Assembly: GCF_006345805.1 (NCBI RefSeq)
Contig: NW_021826789.1
Coordinates: forward strand, 1-12,026
Length of the DNA: 12,026 bases
Source of the DNA: Octopus sinensis
Lineage: Eukaryota
Reading direction: 5' to 3'
Part shown: positions 9,849-12,026 of the stretch, in pieces
Numbering within the stretch: the first letter of the stretch is position 1
How the letters are laid out: every line of letters begins with the position of its first letter
The notes under the pieces: model-generated
What the model saw: only the letters and a program-made list of their open reading frames with translations
The model's database searches: none
What the model was told of the DNA's origin: nothing
Position numbers and translations under genes: made by a program

Positions 9849-10149
9849 CCGAAAATTTTAGAAATAGCAGCCAAAAGACTACTATTTCCTTTTACTACAA
9901 AAATAAGTCTCCACAGACAACAATATTTGTAACTCACATATGGCAAACAAAAGAAGAAAAATAATGAAATCACAGTCTTATGATTCTAATCCAGAAACGT
10001 ACGTCCATAATTAACCGAAGACTGTTTGATTTCATTATTTTTCTTCCTTTTTTGCCATATGTGAGTTACAAATGTTGTTGTCTGTGGAGACTTATTTTTG
10101 TAGTAAAAGGAAATAGTAGTCTTTTGGCTGCTATTTCTAAAATTTTCGG
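9849..10149. mobile_element. Foldback MITE (Tc1/mariner-pogo-type ends)
   Basis: Inverted arms 9849-9979 and 10018-10149, 38-nt spacer, TA on both flanks (TA|CCG...CGG|TA). Confidence 0.85.
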
Positions 10150-10235
10150 TATGTGGTTTAAGCAACTTGTTGCAAAAACCCTTATTATTCTAATTATATA
10201 TATACATATATGTATGTATATGTGTGTGACAATTA

Positions 10236-10319
10236 TTCGATAGCCATAATAAAACTCCGAGTTTCGGATGTCGGGACGGAAACCCACGCCACCATCTCTT
10301 CGGTTATCCGGCCATCGAA
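10236..10319 (-). ncRNA. Type I hammerhead-like fold, CCGAAGA core variant
   Basis: Minus strand reads UUCGAUGGCC-GG-AUAA-CCGAAGA-GAUG...CAUC-C-GAAA-CUCGGA-GUU^-UUAU-UAU-GGCUAUCGAA. It has a 10+4 bp stem I with an internal loop, a long stem II and a short stem III. Confidence 0.62.
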
Positions 10320-10326
10320 AAAATGT

Positions 10327-10361
10327 TGATATATATATAAATACATACATACATACATACA

Positions 10362-10426
<65 letters not shown>
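10327..10426. repeat. (TACA)n/(TA)n microsatellite
   Basis: Direct reading. Confidence 0.95.
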
Positions 10427-10924
10427 CTAGCAGTATCGCCCGGCGTTGCTCGGGTTGTAAGGGAAATAACTATATAAGCATTTTTAGAGAGTTACTTTCC
10501 TTATAATTCGGGCTTTCTTAGCCATTTTTGTTTTGGTGTCTTAAGCCATGAAGTCGTTGTTCTAAAGAACGCTGGTTTCCTTCGCAACGCATTACGACGT
10601 GATTTCTTTACACTCCCTTCCCCACAGCTTCACGAGGGAGGGAAGGGGGAGTAGCAAACAGGTGCAGCTGTGAGCGTGGACGCCAACTCCGCCGCCATCG
10701 ACATACGATGCATTTTTCTGCATAAAATGGAATAAAAAATGATGTTAAATTATTTTAAAATCGTAGACTCATCGTTGACGCGCGCTAATAGTCAGACGGG
10801 CTCGATATGAATAACGACTATAAGATACCCGAATTTGGTTAAACTGCACCGCAAATGTGGGAGGAGTTAGGAATCTAAATCGAAGGGACAGACACTCACA
10901 CAACTAGAGTTTTATATATATAGA
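10427..10924 (-). mobile_element. Complete non-autonomous Helitron (498 bp)
   Basis: Minus strand: A|TCTATATATA start, CTAG|T end, GC-rich subterminal hairpin at 10438-10455, no TSD. Confidence 0.88.
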
Positions 10925-11024
10925 TATATACACGTGCATATGTACATACATATATTTGTATATCTATTTATCTATCTCTCTATCTAAATGTTATATGCAT
11001 TCTGTGCAGGATTAACCAATGATG

Positions 11025-11355
11025 AATGTTAAAATCTTGTCTACTTTAAAAGGAAACATTCTGTCATCGAGGATACTATTTCGAATGTAAGCTTCACAAA
11101 AATGTTCTAAGAACAATATGGTGACTAAGCAACTTAAAGTAAGGCGAAATGTAGTTTTGACCTGATCAGATTTCTTGTCTTTTAGGGTACGATTTCGAAT
11201 GTGAACCTCACACAACTCAAATGTTTTAAAACCATTGTGATGTCTAAGCAGCTGATGAAGGATTGAATGTTGTCTAACTATTAAGTAAAACTTTAGTCTT
11301 TGAGGCTGAGTTTTTGGATGTGTGCCTCACGCAAATGTACTGTCAGCACTGTGGA
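11025..11355. repeat. Degenerate tandem repeat, about 3 units of ~115-120 bp
   Basis: atttcgaatgtaagcttcac (~11078), atttcgaatgtgaacctcac (~11192) and tttttggatgtgtgcctcac (~11311), each followed by aaatgt; ctaagca recurs in two units. Confidence 0.7.
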
Positions 11356-11418
11356 TATTATGTGATGACGGGGAGAAGGAATGCCCACTTTTTGAGAGTA
11401 TGATCTAGAAGGTACGCT

Positions 11419-11885
11419 TTACATAGGTGTTCTGAGAGCTTCATCGAAGGTAAGTAACAATGCTCTTCTCAGTACGTGTGACTTACCAGTTAAGACAATC
11501 TTTTGCACTTCCTGTATCGATGGTAAACCAGGGATACATTTTTATATGATTTTCCGTTACTTTTTTGATCACTCCCGGTCTTCCTACAATCACTGGTATT
11601 GTAACCGTCTTCAGATGCCACATCTTTTCGATTTCGATTAACTAATCTTTGTAATTTCTGAGCTTATCAAATTCTTTTGCCGAGATATTATGGTCACAGG
11701 GTACGCTCATATCAATCAATAAACAGACTTTATTGTTTTGGTCATTCATAACAATATCTGGTTTATTTGCTTTGATGGTCCGGTCTGTAAATACTGGAAA
11801 GTCCCGAGGAATCGTTACATTTTCTACCTCAGTTACAGCCTCAGGGTGGTGCTTGAACCATTTGTCAGCAGTTTTGAGTTTATAA
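11419..11885 (-). pseudogene. Restriction-like endonuclease C-terminus of an R4/Dong-like non-LTR retrotransposon
   Basis: WFKHHPEAVTE...TDRTIKANKPDIV...CLLIDMSVPCDHNISAKEFDKLRNYKD*LIEIEKMW...IPVIVG, then a frameshift near 11541 to IPGLPSIQEVQKIVLTGKSHVLRRAL. PD..D motif present; premature stop at 11642-11644. Confidence 0.88.
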
Positions 11886-11899
11886 TTAAAAAAAAACAA

Positions 11900-12026
11900 T
11901 AAACGTTGCCCTCATCAAGCCTAGCCAGGCTCAGGGGCCCGGTTTCCCGGTTTTGTGGCGTATGTCCCGCTGGACTGGACGCCAGTCCATCGCAGCGTTA
12001 CTCAATAAACAGGAAGAGAGAGTGAA
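11900..12026 (-). mobile_element. 3' tail of a SINE running off the window
   Basis: Reverse complement ctgcgatggactggcgtcc..tccag...aaaccgggaaaccgggcccctgagcctggctaggct is a motif set recalled from aquatic-animal SINE tails. Confidence 0.65.

Noticed and set aside
9349-9973. Overlapping ORFs of 71-185 aa (poly-S, poly-E, poly-L, R/K-rich)
   Set aside because: The TCC/TTC tract is stop-free in several frames; no domain or splice support.
11252-11258. CTGATGA core motif
   Set aside because: No stem II or GAAA follows.

Overview
AT-rich eukaryotic intergenic or intronic DNA packed with microsatellites and transposon relics. The SINE families resemble those of Octopus (inference from memory, not searched). 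No intact host gene is supported, and most track ORFs are microsatellite artefacts. Elements seen: two multi-copy tRNA-derived SINE families and two SINE tails, a non-autonomous RTE-like element, decayed 3' ends of a Tx1/L1-like and an R4/Dong-like LINE, a Penelope-type GIY-YIG endonuclease relic missed by the ORF track, a 301-bp foldback MITE and a complete 498-bp non-autonomous Helitron. The main finding is two unrelated type I hammerhead-ribozyme folds on the minus strand with non-canonical cores. One (3696-3747, U3-A8 core, minimal stem III) lies in a 373-bp partial-tandem retrozyme/Penelope-pLTR-like unit with a 5' inversion. The other (10236-10319) has a CCGAAGA core.
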